From: a virus
Direction: 5' to 3' (one strand)
DNA length: 64,000 bases
Virus record (IMG/VR): IMGVR_UViG_3300022225_001767
Part shown: one piece after another, positions 41,804 through 51,641 of the stretch
Layout: each line of letters starts with the position of its first letter
How positions within the stretch are numbered: position 1 is the stretch's first letter
Position numbers and translations under genes: made by a program
The notes under the pieces: generated by a model
Database searches by the model: none
The model's input: the letters and a program-made list of their open reading frames with translations, nothing else
Told to the model about the DNA's origin: nothing

Positions 41804-42775
41804 ATGTCATTACGTCAACAGATCGTGTCTAAATCACACATGCAGGGGCTACGAGACTCACTGCGAGAATCATTCTCCCCGAATAAGCTTGCTGTCCTGC
41901 TATCACACACCATTAATGATCCTGCTGTCCAGGCTGCAATGAGCAAAGCCATCGGTTCAAAAGGCGAGAGCAAGCTCGACGTGCGCGTCGCCGACGACAT
42001 CACAGCCACCCTGCTTGGCTTTAATAACACCCATGAAATGTTCGCGCATTACAATAGTGTGACGCATGTTCGTCGCTGGGAGTTTTTACACAAAAACAAA
42101 CACGAAGACTATGCACCCGACTATTTGGTTGAAGTTGGCGTCCACTTTTCTGTACTTGATGCCATCGCCCTAGAGGACAACGATTTCGAACATGATCGCA
42201 TTGATGAACGTTTTGAGCTCCTTGCTATGGATGAGGCCTACCCTGCCAGTGATGAAGATCTCGCAACCTGCATCACGTCAAAAAGCGATGCGCCTGCGGT
42301 TGTGTTATCGATGTCAAGAGATGGCCTGTTTGATGACATTAAAATGTCAGACAGCGCAATGGCGTCACAGGCATTCACCTTGCTCGAATCAATGATTTTA
42401 ACCACAAGCGCCGGCATCCCCTTTGCACTGGATAGCGACGAGGTAATGAAACGCTACACGCTCTCTGATATGGCGATATTCTCGGTTTCCCAGGATGTCG
42501 TTGATAGCGAGCTAGACCTCCTGACCGTCTTTCTTGAAGAGGGGGTGCTGGAGGGGACAATCACCGTTCCACTACCAGCCGCATTGCTACCACTCGCGCC
42601 ACTTTCAATCAGAGACGGCATGCATATCTATACGTTACTGGATGGGTACACACTGCATTTTTCTCCGGCATCGATGATGTTCATCTTGGCGCACAACGAC
42701 GCACCCTGCTTTGGCGGCGGCATACACCTCCATGAGGACGACCTTCGACGTCAGGCATTTACTGGCTTGGCGTGA
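41804..42775 (+). CDS. Helical-motif family protein (unit G)
   Basis: VADDITATLLGFNNTHEMFAHY; paralog of 1-439; GAGGA RBS. Confidence 0.8.
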   Translation: MSLRQQIVSKSHMQGLRDSLRESFSPNKLAVLLSHTINDPAVQAAMSKAIGSKGESKLDVRVADDITATLLGFNNTHEMFAHYNSVTHVRRWEFLHKNKHEDYAPDYLVEVGVHFSVLDAIALEDNDFEHDRIDERFELLAMDEAYPASDEDLATCITSKSDAPAVVLSMSRDGLFDDIKMSDSAMASQAFTLLESMILTTSAGIPFALDSDEVMKRYTLSDMAIFSVSQDVVDSELDLLTVFLEEGVLEGTITVPLPAALLPLAPLSIRDGMHIYTLLDGYTLHFSPASMMFILAHNDAPCFGGGIHLHEDDLRRQAFTGLA

Positions 42776-44166
42776 ACTACCCAGCGACATCGCTTCGCTC
42801 TGATCACTGGGCTTCTACAGTCTAGCTTTGAAGCTAGGCCGCTTCTTTTTTCTCAGATCCAACAGCAAACTTCGATAGCTCGAAGGCTTTCGCTTTACTA
42901 GCTGATTTCTGCTGAGATATGGGGATTACCCTTGCGACGATCCCAGCCGCAATTAAGTCTGTCTCACCTGTTTTTGCTATGCTTTTAGCCGCTGAGAAGT
43001 CGCGGTTTTGATACGTTCCGCAAGCAGTACAGGTGAAATATCTATCGCTCAATGTTAAAACATGGCGTTGGCCGCATTCTGAACAAATCCCTGTGGATTT
43101 TTCAAAGCGACCAATTTCGTGATAGAGCTTACCTTCCAACTCAGCCTTGTATTTCGAGAGCTGGGTAATTAAGCCCATCACATTGTCAGCCACCATACTG
43201 CCGTTGAACTTTTGCATCGCTTTCACATTCAAATCCTCAAACACCAGAATATCAGTTTCATTGGCTATCTGTCGTGACACTTGATGTGCAAAGTCGAGTC
43301 TTTGCCGTGAGATTTTGCCGTGAAGCTTATTGATGCGTTGCTTGGTCTTTTGCCAGCGATTAGACCCTTTCTTTCGCCTTGCAAGCTGGCGTTGCAAGTG
43401 GCTTAATTTCTCTTTTGATTGTTTTAAGAACTTCGGGTTGTTGGCAGTAAAGCCATTTGAGCCCACTACCGTTTGCTTAGAGTTAATATCAAAACCTGTG
43501 ATGCTTTCCAGTAGTTTTTTAGCGGCTTTACATTCCACTTCTTGCGTAATGCTGCATTCCCATTTTCCATGACGATACTGGACAGTAACGGTCTTAATTT
43601 GGCTCACTAAGTCGCGGTGTAAGATGATGGGTATTTTACCCACTTTTGGGATGCTAATAGAGTCATTTTCAATGCGTATGCAATTGGAATTGTTCACCGC
43701 TCGAAAGCTGTCATTGTGAAGCTTCTTTCGCTTATAAGAGACTTTATGTTTTGGAAAACGTTGCAACCGACCTTTTGAAAAGGCGTTTTTTAGTGCTGTT
43801 TCCAGATCTCTTGCGACTTGCTGGGCTGCTGCTGAGTCAAACGCCTTTACCCAAGCAAACTCATCAAAAGACTTTAGTTCTTTGAGCAATGAAGCCATAT
43901 CCCTGTAAAACAAGAACGTCTTATCGTACTCGTATCGACGCATTGTTTCAGACAACAGCAGGTTCCAAATGCCACGGGCTGTTGCACCAAACTCAATGAG
44001 TCTAGCCTCCTGCTCCAGCGTTGGCTTAAGCCTGTAATTGTATCTGAGCGTCTTTTTCATATACTGTATAGATTACTGTATATAGTAGAGCTGTCAACCT
44101 GAATTTACCGATTCATCCCCGCGACATCACTTCGTTCTGATCACGGGGTTTTCTCGGCAACATTAG
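42772..44166 (-). mobile_element. IS200/IS605-family tnpB-only element
   Basis: Related subterminal hairpins at about 42780-42812 and 44116-44148; right end TTCAC; TTTAT target 5' of left end; no tnpA. Confidence 0.85.
42834..44060 (-). CDS. tnpB: RNA-guided endonuclease TnpB
   Basis: N-terminal YRLKPT helix-turn-helix-type segment, RuvC GFDIN / VFEDLNV / RD, Zn finger CSECG...CTACG. Confidence 0.93.
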   Translation of the reverse strand: MKKTLRYNYRLKPTLEQEARLIEFGATARGIWNLLLSETMRRYEYDKTFLFYRDMASLLKELKSFDEFAWVKAFDSAAAQQVARDLETALKNAFSKGRLQRFPKHKVSYKRKKLHNDSFRAVNNSNCIRIENDSISIPKVGKIPIILHRDLVSQIKTVTVQYRHGKWECSITQEVECKAAKKLLESITGFDINSKQTVVGSNGFTANNPKFLKQSKEKLSHLQRQLARRKKGSNRWQKTKQRINKLHGKISRQRLDFAHQVSRQIANETDILVFEDLNVKAMQKFNGSMVADNVMGLITQLSKYKAELEGKLYHEIGRFEKSTGICSECGQRHVLTLSDRYFTCTACGTYQNRDFSAAKSIAKTGETDLIAAGIVARVIPISQQKSASKAKAFELSKFAVGSEKKEAA

Positions 44167-44526
44167 ATAAACGCACACGGCGCTTGCGTGGCACGTTCAC
44201 TGTCACGCAATACGTAAACAACAAGGAAATATATAATGGTTAACTTTGATTTGGGTCCTAAAGGGGCCGAAGCAAGATGACAGCAAATGCAGAGACTTGT
44301 TTTGGGTCAATGCCCAAGGTGAATGGTGGTCTGAAAACGACCAAGAGTGGGTGCCAGCAGAGCGCTATGACGTAACGTGGCTGCAAACGATTGCCGCTAA
44401 GTACGCGGCATAATAAATTAAGTTTTGACTTTCGCTGTTTTTTTAGGAAAACATGAAAAAAACGTTGACAATAAACACAGGTTTTGCGATACTAATCCTG
44501 TCAACACAACAACGGAGTAACACTTT

Positions 44527-44877
44527 ATGTCAACACTGACTGCCTCACTTAAAACAGCAATCTTGGCTTCATGCGCAAGCATTCAAGCGCGTATGGACAA
44601 CAACGACGACAGCACAAACATTGCGGGCGTGGATGCACTGTTCAAAGAAGCGGTAGAGGCCTCTCTTGAAAACCTTGCGGTAAACATTAAACGCGTCGAT
44701 GATACCTTCATGGAGTGGGTCAATGCGATGAATACCGTAGAGGCAATTGAGGCTGCTGAGGAAGAGGGTGACGACGATGTTGATGATATCGATGACGCTC
44801 ACGAAGCAGTAGAGTTTACTCAGGGCGAGCTTGCTGATGCGCTGCGTGATTTGCGCAACGCCGTGGAAGCAATGTAG
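44527..44877 (+). CDS. highly acidic helical protein
   Basis: ATG after cassette; EEEGDDDVDDIDD. Confidence 0.75.
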   Translation: MSTLTASLKTAILASCASIQARMDNNDDSTNIAGVDALFKEAVEASLENLAVNIKRVDDTFMEWVNAMNTVEAIEAAEEEGDDDVDDIDDAHEAVEFTQGELADALRDLRNAVEAM

Positions 44878-44995
44878 TTATCGTTAGCGGGGAGATATTT
44901 ATCTACAATAATCTCCCCACGCTTATAAAAAAACATTGACAATACACACAGCATTTGAGACACTAGCCCTGTCAACACAACAACGGAGCAACACC

Positions 44996-45487
44996 ATGAT
45001 TTCAACCCTAACCAAAGCTGAATGCATCGACGCGCTATCTCACTTTGATCGCGATGACATTGTTGTAGCAACATGCACGTTCGGTGACCGCGCTAGAACG
45101 ATGCAGGCAGTACCACTGGGCGACCTTACATCTGGCTTTATCACCTCATCGAGCTACTCAGACTCTGGGTATGCCGTGGTTGAGGAGGGCGATGAAGATG
45201 ACAGCGACACCCCTATTCACTTCTTCGAACCGGGCGACGTCTCTGAACATATGACGGTAGGCGACTTTCTCGATAACCTAACGGGACTTGATGATGACGA
45301 CCTTGTTGTCGCTGCGTGGAACTACGGAGACCGCGGAAATACGATTCAGGCGATTGGTTTTAATGAGGTTAATGAGGTTTATCTTAACCGCAGCCCATCC
45401 TCGGACTCTGGCTACGCCGTAGTTGAGGAGGGGGATGAGGATGATGACGCAGTGCGCGCGCTGGTCATCAACTACGAGGCCCTTTAA
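44996..45487 (+). CDS. acidic protein with two tandem about 75-aa repeats
   Basis: SDSGYAVVEEGDEDD occurs twice; GDRARTMQA / GDRGNTIQA. Confidence 0.78.
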   Translation: MISTLTKAECIDALSHFDRDDIVVATCTFGDRARTMQAVPLGDLTSGFITSSSYSDSGYAVVEEGDEDDSDTPIHFFEPGDVSEHMTVGDFLDNLTGLDDDDLVVAAWNYGDRGNTIQAIGFNEVNEVYLNRSPSSDSGYAVVEEGDEDDDAVRALVINYEAL

Positions 45488-45559
45488 GTAACACTATGCG
45501 GGTGGCGATTTGCCACCCCTATCAAGACCTAACACAATCATCGTTCAACAGGAGCTATC

Positions 45560-45928
45560 ATGTCTCACGCATCAACGAACAATAAACAAAAAACAAACCG
45601 TGTTAACGTGGGGAAACTGTGGACAGCGCTGCGAGATAAACTGAATGCGCAATCGTCGCTATTGGCGATGAAGCTTGATGATGTGCTCAAAATGGAACAA
45701 AAACTTAATGCTGAAAACGGGGTCTGCGGCAGTGAGTACATCGCCAAAACCTCCCTGCTCTATCATATTGCGAGCCAGCCGTTAGGTAACATGAACTATA
45801 AGTTAGTAGGTCAGATGCGAGATAGCCTTATCATTGTGCTTACACTCGTCTTAGCCACTAACCCTGAGAGCGATTACTTATCCGAATACGAAGGTGCCTT
45901 GGCAACCATTCTAATGAATCAAGGATAA
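45560..45928 (+). CDS. hypothetical protein upstream of candidate sRNA
   Basis: AGGAG RBS. Confidence 0.72.
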   Translation: MSHASTNNKQKTNRVNVGKLWTALRDKLNAQSSLLAMKLDDVLKMEQKLNAENGVCGSEYIAKTSLLYHIASQPLGNMNYKLVGQMRDSLIIVLTLVLATNPESDYLSEYEGALATILMNQG

Positions 45929-45940
45929 GGATAATGCGCC

Positions 45941-46121
45941 CTGATGCGTCAACCATCAGTATTGAACTTAAAGTCCCGGCACCTGTTGTTTTGTTGACGT
46001 AAAACGCCTTCGCCGGGCACCCTTTACGTCGGCGGCCTGTTGTGTTGACGCCTTCTCGCCGCCGACCCTCACATTGTTGTGACGACAACGCCCGTACCAG
46101 GTTATGCTGGCGGGCTTTTTT
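45941..46121 (+). ncRNA. candidate antisense sRNA against the GTCAACACAAC leader box
   Basis: GC stems 45975-45980/46012-46017 and 46028-46036/46058-46066 enclose CCTGTTG(TTT)TGTTGACG; U-tract terminator 46090-46121. Confidence 0.6.
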
Positions 46122-46218
46122 GCGCCTGTTAAATTTGATTATTTTCAATTTAATGAGAAAAACATTGACAACGCACGCATAATTTGAGATGCTCACCTGG
46201 TCAACACAACAACGGAGA

Positions 46219-46410
46219 ATGACAATGTCAGAAAAGAAAATTCAATTAGTTCGCGAGGTCGCGAGCGAAGCAGGCAAGCTTAAACGTAAAATCATCAATG
46301 CGCTTGATGAGTCTAACCCAAAATCGTACGAAGTGTCTCAGGCAGTCTCACAGCTTATGGCTGATCTTAATGAGCTTGTGCAAAGCGCCCCTGTATCCGA
46401 CAACGGTTAA
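46219..46410 (+). CDS. small hypothetical protein
   Basis: ATG after cassette. Confidence 0.65.
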   Translation: MTMSEKKIQLVREVASEAGKLKRKIINALDESNPKSYEVSQAVSQLMADLNELVQSAPVSDNG

Positions 46411-46461
46411 CTGCGCCTGTGCGCCCATTGTGGCGCACACCCATGTAAAGGAATTCATAAC

Positions 46462-47052
46462 ATGAATAACGCTGTTCCACTATCTGAAGAATACCTTGAT
46501 GCGCTACGCTCTGGCATCAATGGCAAAAGCACTGCGTTTGTTTCGTTGTTACTGGTCGCGTTTGACGAGCTGTGCGATGCAGAAACCCTTGAGGCGAATA
46601 TCGCCGCCATACTTGAAGCCAATGCGGGTGGTGCCGCGGATGTTAATGCCGTTATCCCCATGGCGGTTCAGTTCCGCACCTGCGCTCGCTCATTTGCTGC
46701 CCTACCACCTGAGTACAGTCAGGCTGAGCTAGAGGACGCGAATGCGTTACTTAAAACCCTGGGTTACACTATTGATTTAGTCACGATATACGCCAACGTC
46801 ATAAGCCGCATTCATTTTGCTAAAGAGGGCGTGGTGCTACGCGACTTAGTCAACAACGGTGACACGCCAGAGGATTTGATTGCGCCTTACCCTGACGAAG
46901 CCCCTGAAGGCAAGGTGAGAGAAACGTGGCTGGCACGGGTCAAAGAAGTGGGTCGCGACGACATTGTGGCATGGCATGACGATGTGATGGCTCGCCATGA
47001 TGATGGGGATGCGATCATTACCATGATACTGACGCAATCAGAATGGGAATGA
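46462..47052 (+). CDS. hypothetical protein
   Basis: AAGGA RBS. Confidence 0.72.
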   Translation: MNNAVPLSEEYLDALRSGINGKSTAFVSLLLVAFDELCDAETLEANIAAILEANAGGAADVNAVIPMAVQFRTCARSFAALPPEYSQAELEDANALLKTLGYTIDLVTIYANVISRIHFAKEGVVLRDLVNNGDTPEDLIAPYPDEAPEGKVRETWLARVKEVGRDDIVAWHDDVMARHDDGDAIITMILTQSEWE

Positions 47053-47218
47053 CACGTTGTGACAACATCCATTTGAAAGGCGCACTGCGCCTTTTTTTGC
47101 TTCCCCCTCTGGCGGTTTCGTCGTTTAATAATCAACCACTGTGCACAAAATTATTGACAACGCTCTCAGTTTTTGCGACACTTATCCTGTCAACACAACA
47201 ACAGAGAGAAGCCTCACT

Positions 47219-47563
47219 ATGAGCAACGAACAATCACCATCGACTTCAGAGCTTGAGTCCACCGTGTTAGACTCGCTAGCGAACCATCAGCCTGACACCA
47301 CACTCGTGAAAACACTCGTGGGTGAGTCTATGGGAGAGCGCAATGTCTCTGAGGACGCGGACGCCGATGAGCTTCTTTCGGCATATGAAAATTGGGCGCA
47401 TGCCGTAGGCGAACTTAAACTCGCTGAAGACACCTACTACAACGCTGACATGGAGAGCGAGGAAGCGGAGGAGGCAGAGCAAGAAAAAAATGCGGCTGAA
47501 AGCGAAGCGTCTAGCTATGCCAATGACGTCAAACGCGCACTGCGCACCTACCTTGGCAGCTAA
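47219..47563 (+). CDS. highly acidic helical protein
   Basis: ATG after cassette; ESEEAEEAEQE. Confidence 0.72.
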   Translation: MSNEQSPSTSELESTVLDSLANHQPDTTLVKTLVGESMGERNVSEDADADELLSAYENWAHAVGELKLAEDTYYNADMESEEAEEAEQEKNAAESEASSYANDVKRALRTYLGS

Positions 47564-47677
47564 CGTCAATCGCTATTTCTGACATTGGCCTTGCGTGTGC
47601 GAGGTCAAACCCATTGACAACGCTCTCAGCATCTGAGATACTAACCTTGTCAACACAACAACACAGAGAGCGCGCTC

Positions 47678-48181
47678 ATGAAAAAGAATGTATCACCACG
47701 ATTTGAACTGCCACCGGCGATTAAAAATCTTGCTGCTCAGTTAGACAAAGATAAGATAAGCTACCGCAGCGAAAATCGACTTAAAATGTCGTCGCTTTTA
47801 TCTTTCTTGGATATCAGCTTCACAACACCTGAAAGTTTTCTAGGCAAAGGGAATGGATGGTCGTGTTATTATAATGCCGAGTACGGGATTCAGATTGACG
47901 GCGCTTTCCCTCTTGGTGCAGGTGGCGTAGAATACCTCAGCAAAATCCAAGTAGAAGGCGCAAGGTTGAATAGTGTCTACAATGACTACGTGACTATCTT
48001 CTCGCTGTGGGATTTTCTTAATGAAGAAGGCCGTGCGTATGCGTTGAGTGTGTATGCTGAGGATATTCAGAAACTCAAAGAAGAAAAGACCGCTGAAGTC
48101 AACGCCGCTCAAAAGGCGCTTGATGATATCGTCAACGCAGAACAGGCGCTCTCTCAGTCGCTGTGTAGCAAGGCGTCATAA
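47678..48181 (+). CDS. hypothetical protein
   Basis: ATG after cassette. Confidence 0.72.
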   Translation: MKKNVSPRFELPPAIKNLAAQLDKDKISYRSENRLKMSSLLSFLDISFTTPESFLGKGNGWSCYYNAEYGIQIDGAFPLGAGGVEYLSKIQVEGARLNSVYNDYVTIFSLWDFLNEEGRAYALSVYAEDIQKLKEEKTAEVNAAQKALDDIVNAEQALSQSLCSKAS

Positions 48182-48288
48182 TGTAACGGTATGCGCTTTA
48201 CGAGAGTAAGGCGCAATACGCACTTAATCTTGACAACACTCTCAGTTTTTGAGATACTCATCCTGTCAACGAAACAGGAGTTTACATC

Positions 48289-48567
48289 GTGTTTAACCCT
48301 AACGATAACCCCATTTTCTACAGCAACATGACAGATGATGAGGTGCGAGATGATGATGCAGAGTATGAGGCGATGATGCAGGGGGCTGAACCAACTTCAT
48401 TGCCTATAGAAACACCTATCATCGACACGAGCGAACTTACGCCATTTGACCCAAATAATGGCCTTATTTTTACGAGCGAGGCCAGCGAAGACGAACTTTA
48501 TGCTGACTTCGCGTTGGACTGCGCAACGTATGACGCAGCATCAAACAGCGAACATGGAGACCAATAA
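48289..48567 (+). CDS. small highly acidic protein with internal repeat
   Basis: FNPNDNPIFYS / FDPNNGLIFTS; GTG start after cassette. Confidence 0.68.
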   Translation: MFNPNDNPIFYSNMTDDEVRDDDAEYEAMMQGAEPTSLPIETPIIDTSELTPFDPNNGLIFTSEASEDELYADFALDCATYDAASNSEHGDQ

Positions 48568-48568
48568 C

Positions 48569-48736
48569 ATGCGTACAAGCTTTGTAGCAACACAAAAAAA
48601 CGGCGAAACCTTACGTGGCATAGCGCATAACCTTGCTGACTTCCTAACTCAGATAAACAAAGAGCATGGCGTGACCGCGGAGGATATCACCAATATCTCA
48701 ACATCAAAAGCACCTGCGCCATTGTCGTTATCATAA
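48569..48736 (+). CDS. small hypothetical protein
   Basis: GGAG RBS, follows the upstream stop directly. Confidence 0.55.
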   Translation: MRTSFVATQKNGETLRGIAHNLADFLTQINKEHGVTAEDITNISTSKAPAPLSLS

Positions 48737-48794
48737 AACGTTACCTGCATGCCTCTATCACAAGAGTCATGCAGCGCTTTCAGGGAAATAGCGC

Positions 48795-49229
48795 ATGACA
48801 ACAGACATTGCACCAAACATCAGTAAGGCATACCTTTTATCCCAGGGTTACAAAAACGGCGCTTTTGCTTATGCAATAGAGGTGCTTCAGTGTCGCATTC
48901 AGTGCAGCCCACCCGCGCCTCTTTGGCTTTCATCGGTAGGTCGCGCAACATGGAACAGTGACGAGTTTTGCTTTCGCGGCGAACTTTGCCCGAGGCAGGC
49001 TATATTTACGCCTTCACTGGCGGAACACCCGTTTATTATCCCTCCCCATCCTTGCAACGGACGCTATCGCACAAGACTCTTTGTTAATGATCTGCATCTT
49101 CCTGAGTCCAAATTGTATATTCAACAGGGTATTGAGCGCGCGCTTACTGAAAAGGCGCGGATGCATCGTCGCGTAGCACCAACACGGTATCCACCGCGAA
49201 AAGACAACCTTGTTATCGAACTTTACTGA
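48795..49229 (+). CDS. hypothetical protein
   Basis: 144-aa ORF. Confidence 0.6.
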   Translation: MTTDIAPNISKAYLLSQGYKNGAFAYAIEVLQCRIQCSPPAPLWLSSVGRATWNSDEFCFRGELCPRQAIFTPSLAEHPFIIPPHPCNGRYRTRLFVNDLHLPESKLYIQQGIERALTEKARMHRRVAPTRYPPRKDNLVIELY

Positions 49230-49469
49230 CTTGGCACACAGCTCACTAGACACTCTCTCTTGTTAACACCATAACTTTTAGTGCAGCGGGGCTCACATGA
49301 CTCGTTCGCACAGCAAGTGGTGCAACAATCATCTCGTTTTCCTAAACCCATCAAGAAAACCCAGATATTCGCGCGAAGAATGTTTATGGGTGGCTCACAA
49401 CTGGGCGCTCTGACCTGACAGGCAACAACAGACCACCAGCGGCAGTCTGCTGTTAGGTCTTAGAACCCC

Positions 49470-51641
49470 CTATTCATTCTCTTGTGGCAAGGCCGCTTGC
49501 TCACGTGCCGCCTCACACGCGTCTTTAATGGCGTTAAACACCTCGTACGCCACGCTATTAAGCTCTGGCGGTGTGTCACTATTGGAAAACCCTTTAGCTT
49601 GCGCCAATCGTCCCGAACTGCGTTCAAATTGATAGGTGAACGTTTCATCAGACCTATTACCTGTAGACAGGGCGAAAATCACCGCTGAGCCATCCGTACA
49701 ACGGTCAGCATAGTAGCGTGTGCCTACACAGTGATGTTGAGCACGACCTAATGCACGGAGGGCTTTTGTGTCCTCCGGCAGTGTTAGTGTGACGTGTGAC
49801 GGGAGGCTTTCAGTGATAGTGTCAAGCTGCGCAATAGCATCGGCCTGATAGAAACGCGCATTGACGGTACTGATTGAGAAGTCACGTTGCTGCTTGTTGC
49901 TTAAGTAGCTATGAAATGCTTCACCGTAGTCTTTCTTAGACGCAAGCCATTTACGCACCAACGCACACTGTTTGGCGCTTTCATCAGGGCAATCTCGTGC
50001 AATGAGCGTTGCTAACATACGAAACACATCTCGCGCTTCGGTAATGGCGTTATCCATCACAACGGCTACCATTTCATCGTGTGACAAAAAAGCCAAACAG
50101 GTGCGTAGTGACGGCGCATCAATGGCAAGCCCTGCGCGCTTCTGCGCCTGTTTACCTGTGCCTAATGCACTATTAATCTGCGCAAGAAACTGAATGTATC
50201 CGTGACGGTCGAGTTTGCCACGTGAATTGGTAAACACGCTCTGCAATGCGCTTAGTGCGGTCAAGGACTCCGCCTCTTGACTGTCGAACAAGAACTGCAC
50301 CTCTTGAGGGTGTTTTGAACCAATGAGCATTTTGGTCATCGCCTTGGGCGAATTAACACTCTTGAAGTCAAACAGATCATACCCGTAATCATTATGCAAG
50401 ATGAGGTAGTTCTTTAATGACGTAAGCAACGCGAACGCGGGGCTTTCATTGAAGAGTGTTTTATCATAATCCTTATTAGAACTCATAATGCTCTCACGTA
50501 CACGGTAGAGACACTTAAACGTGCTGTCTGAGACATTGGGGTGCATCGCGACACGCATTTGGATAGTGTGATCGGGGTCGTACGCCAGCATATCCAAGAT
50601 GCCCGACGGGACATTACCACTGCTTAGCAGCTTGCGTACTAATAAGGAGTCAACAGGCTCGCGCTCGATGAATTGTGAAACGACCTCCGGTGACAATGTA
50701 TCTACGCGGTCAAGAATGGCGTAGCACAACGCGTCACAGCTGCCCTGGTATTCCAACAGCATCGCTTCCGCTTGCGCATCTGAGAAATTAAGCCGGTGAA
50801 AACCTTCATCAATACCGTATTGAGAGGCGTCGCACTTAACCAGCTCAATAAAATCGGATTGCTTCATGTCAGCGTTTTTAAATGCGGCGTCGTACACATC
50901 CGATACATACCTTGCTCGACAGTCTGTATTGGCATTGTTTTGCACATACGCTAAAACTTCGCGAAATTGCTCCATCGTATGTTCGTGATTATCTAGCAAC
51001 GCAATGCGTATCCGGCATGTGCTATTAGGCTCTATTTCCAGCGCTAACAGGCGATTAAACAACGAACGTGAACATGCGGCGTTTTCAGCCACTTTGATGT
51101 ATATGTTGGTATGGAGCGTCTTATCTTCAACGCGTGGAACAGCAGCAACGATATCGCTCAATACAGCATCACATGACGCAGCTTGCCCCATTTCAGCAAG
51201 CAGCGATGCATTATTCATTGCAATAATAGCATCAGCACGTTCCCACGGGAATGCGCGATGATTGACTATGTTCTGCGCCATGAAACTTACATTTCCGTCA
51301 GAATACTCACCATCAATAACGCGATTGAGAAGACGGTTATACAGTGCCTCTGGCACTCGCTCGCTGTACAGTGAAAGCACATCCAGCGCAGGATTAAGCG
51401 CCAGCAATTCGCTGACCTCATTGTCGCTAAATGCGGGGTGATTGAGCATCTGTGCCATACTCTCAATACTTTTAGCATTGGCGTAGTACCCCGCCACAAA
51501 TCTCGGTGTCTCGCTTTCTAATACATCCCGCATGATACACTTGGGGAAATTAGGTGCACTCAGTGCGACCTGCATCTTTCGCGAGCAGCAGCTATTAAAC
51601 ATTTTTTTTAGTTGCGATGGACTGTAATAACGGTGAGTCAT
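49470..51641 (-). CDS. helical-repeat protein with C-terminal PcfJ-like domain
   Basis: ALNP/VAENA/VAMHPN repeats; LRALGRAQHHCVG...YADRC...QAKGFSN. Confidence 0.68.
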   Translation of the reverse strand: MTHRYYSPSQLKKMFNSCCSRKMQVALSAPNFPKCIMRDVLESETPRFVAGYYANAKSIESMAQMLNHPAFSDNEVSELLALNPALDVLSLYSERVPEALYNRLLNRVIDGEYSDGNVSFMAQNIVNHRAFPWERADAIIAMNNASLLAEMGQAASCDAVLSDIVAAVPRVEDKTLHTNIYIKVAENAACSRSLFNRLLALEIEPNSTCRIRIALLDNHEHTMEQFREVLAYVQNNANTDCRARYVSDVYDAAFKNADMKQSDFIELVKCDASQYGIDEGFHRLNFSDAQAEAMLLEYQGSCDALCYAILDRVDTLSPEVVSQFIEREPVDSLLVRKLLSSGNVPSGILDMLAYDPDHTIQMRVAMHPNVSDSTFKCLYRVRESIMSSNKDYDKTLFNESPAFALLTSLKNYLILHNDYGYDLFDFKSVNSPKAMTKMLIGSKHPQEVQFLFDSQEAESLTALSALQSVFTNSRGKLDRHGYIQFLAQINSALGTGKQAQKRAGLAIDAPSLRTCLAFLSHDEMVAVVMDNAITEARDVFRMLATLIARDCPDESAKQCALVRKWLASKKDYGEAFHSYLSNKQQRDFSISTVNARFYQADAIAQLDTITESLPSHVTLTLPEDTKALRALGRAQHHCVGTRYYADRCTDGSAVIFALSTGNRSDETFTYQFERSSGRLAQAKGFSNSDTPPELNSVAYEVFNAIKDACEAAREQAALPQENE

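Noticed and set aside
41804-42775. Unit G gene truncated by the IS
   Set aside because: The reconstructed empty site gives GCA TAA at the same codon, so the protein is full length.
45858-46196. 112-aa minus-strand ORF
   Set aside because: It overlaps a box promoter, a terminator and the upstream gene end, with no evident RBS. Hairpin structure explains the region better.
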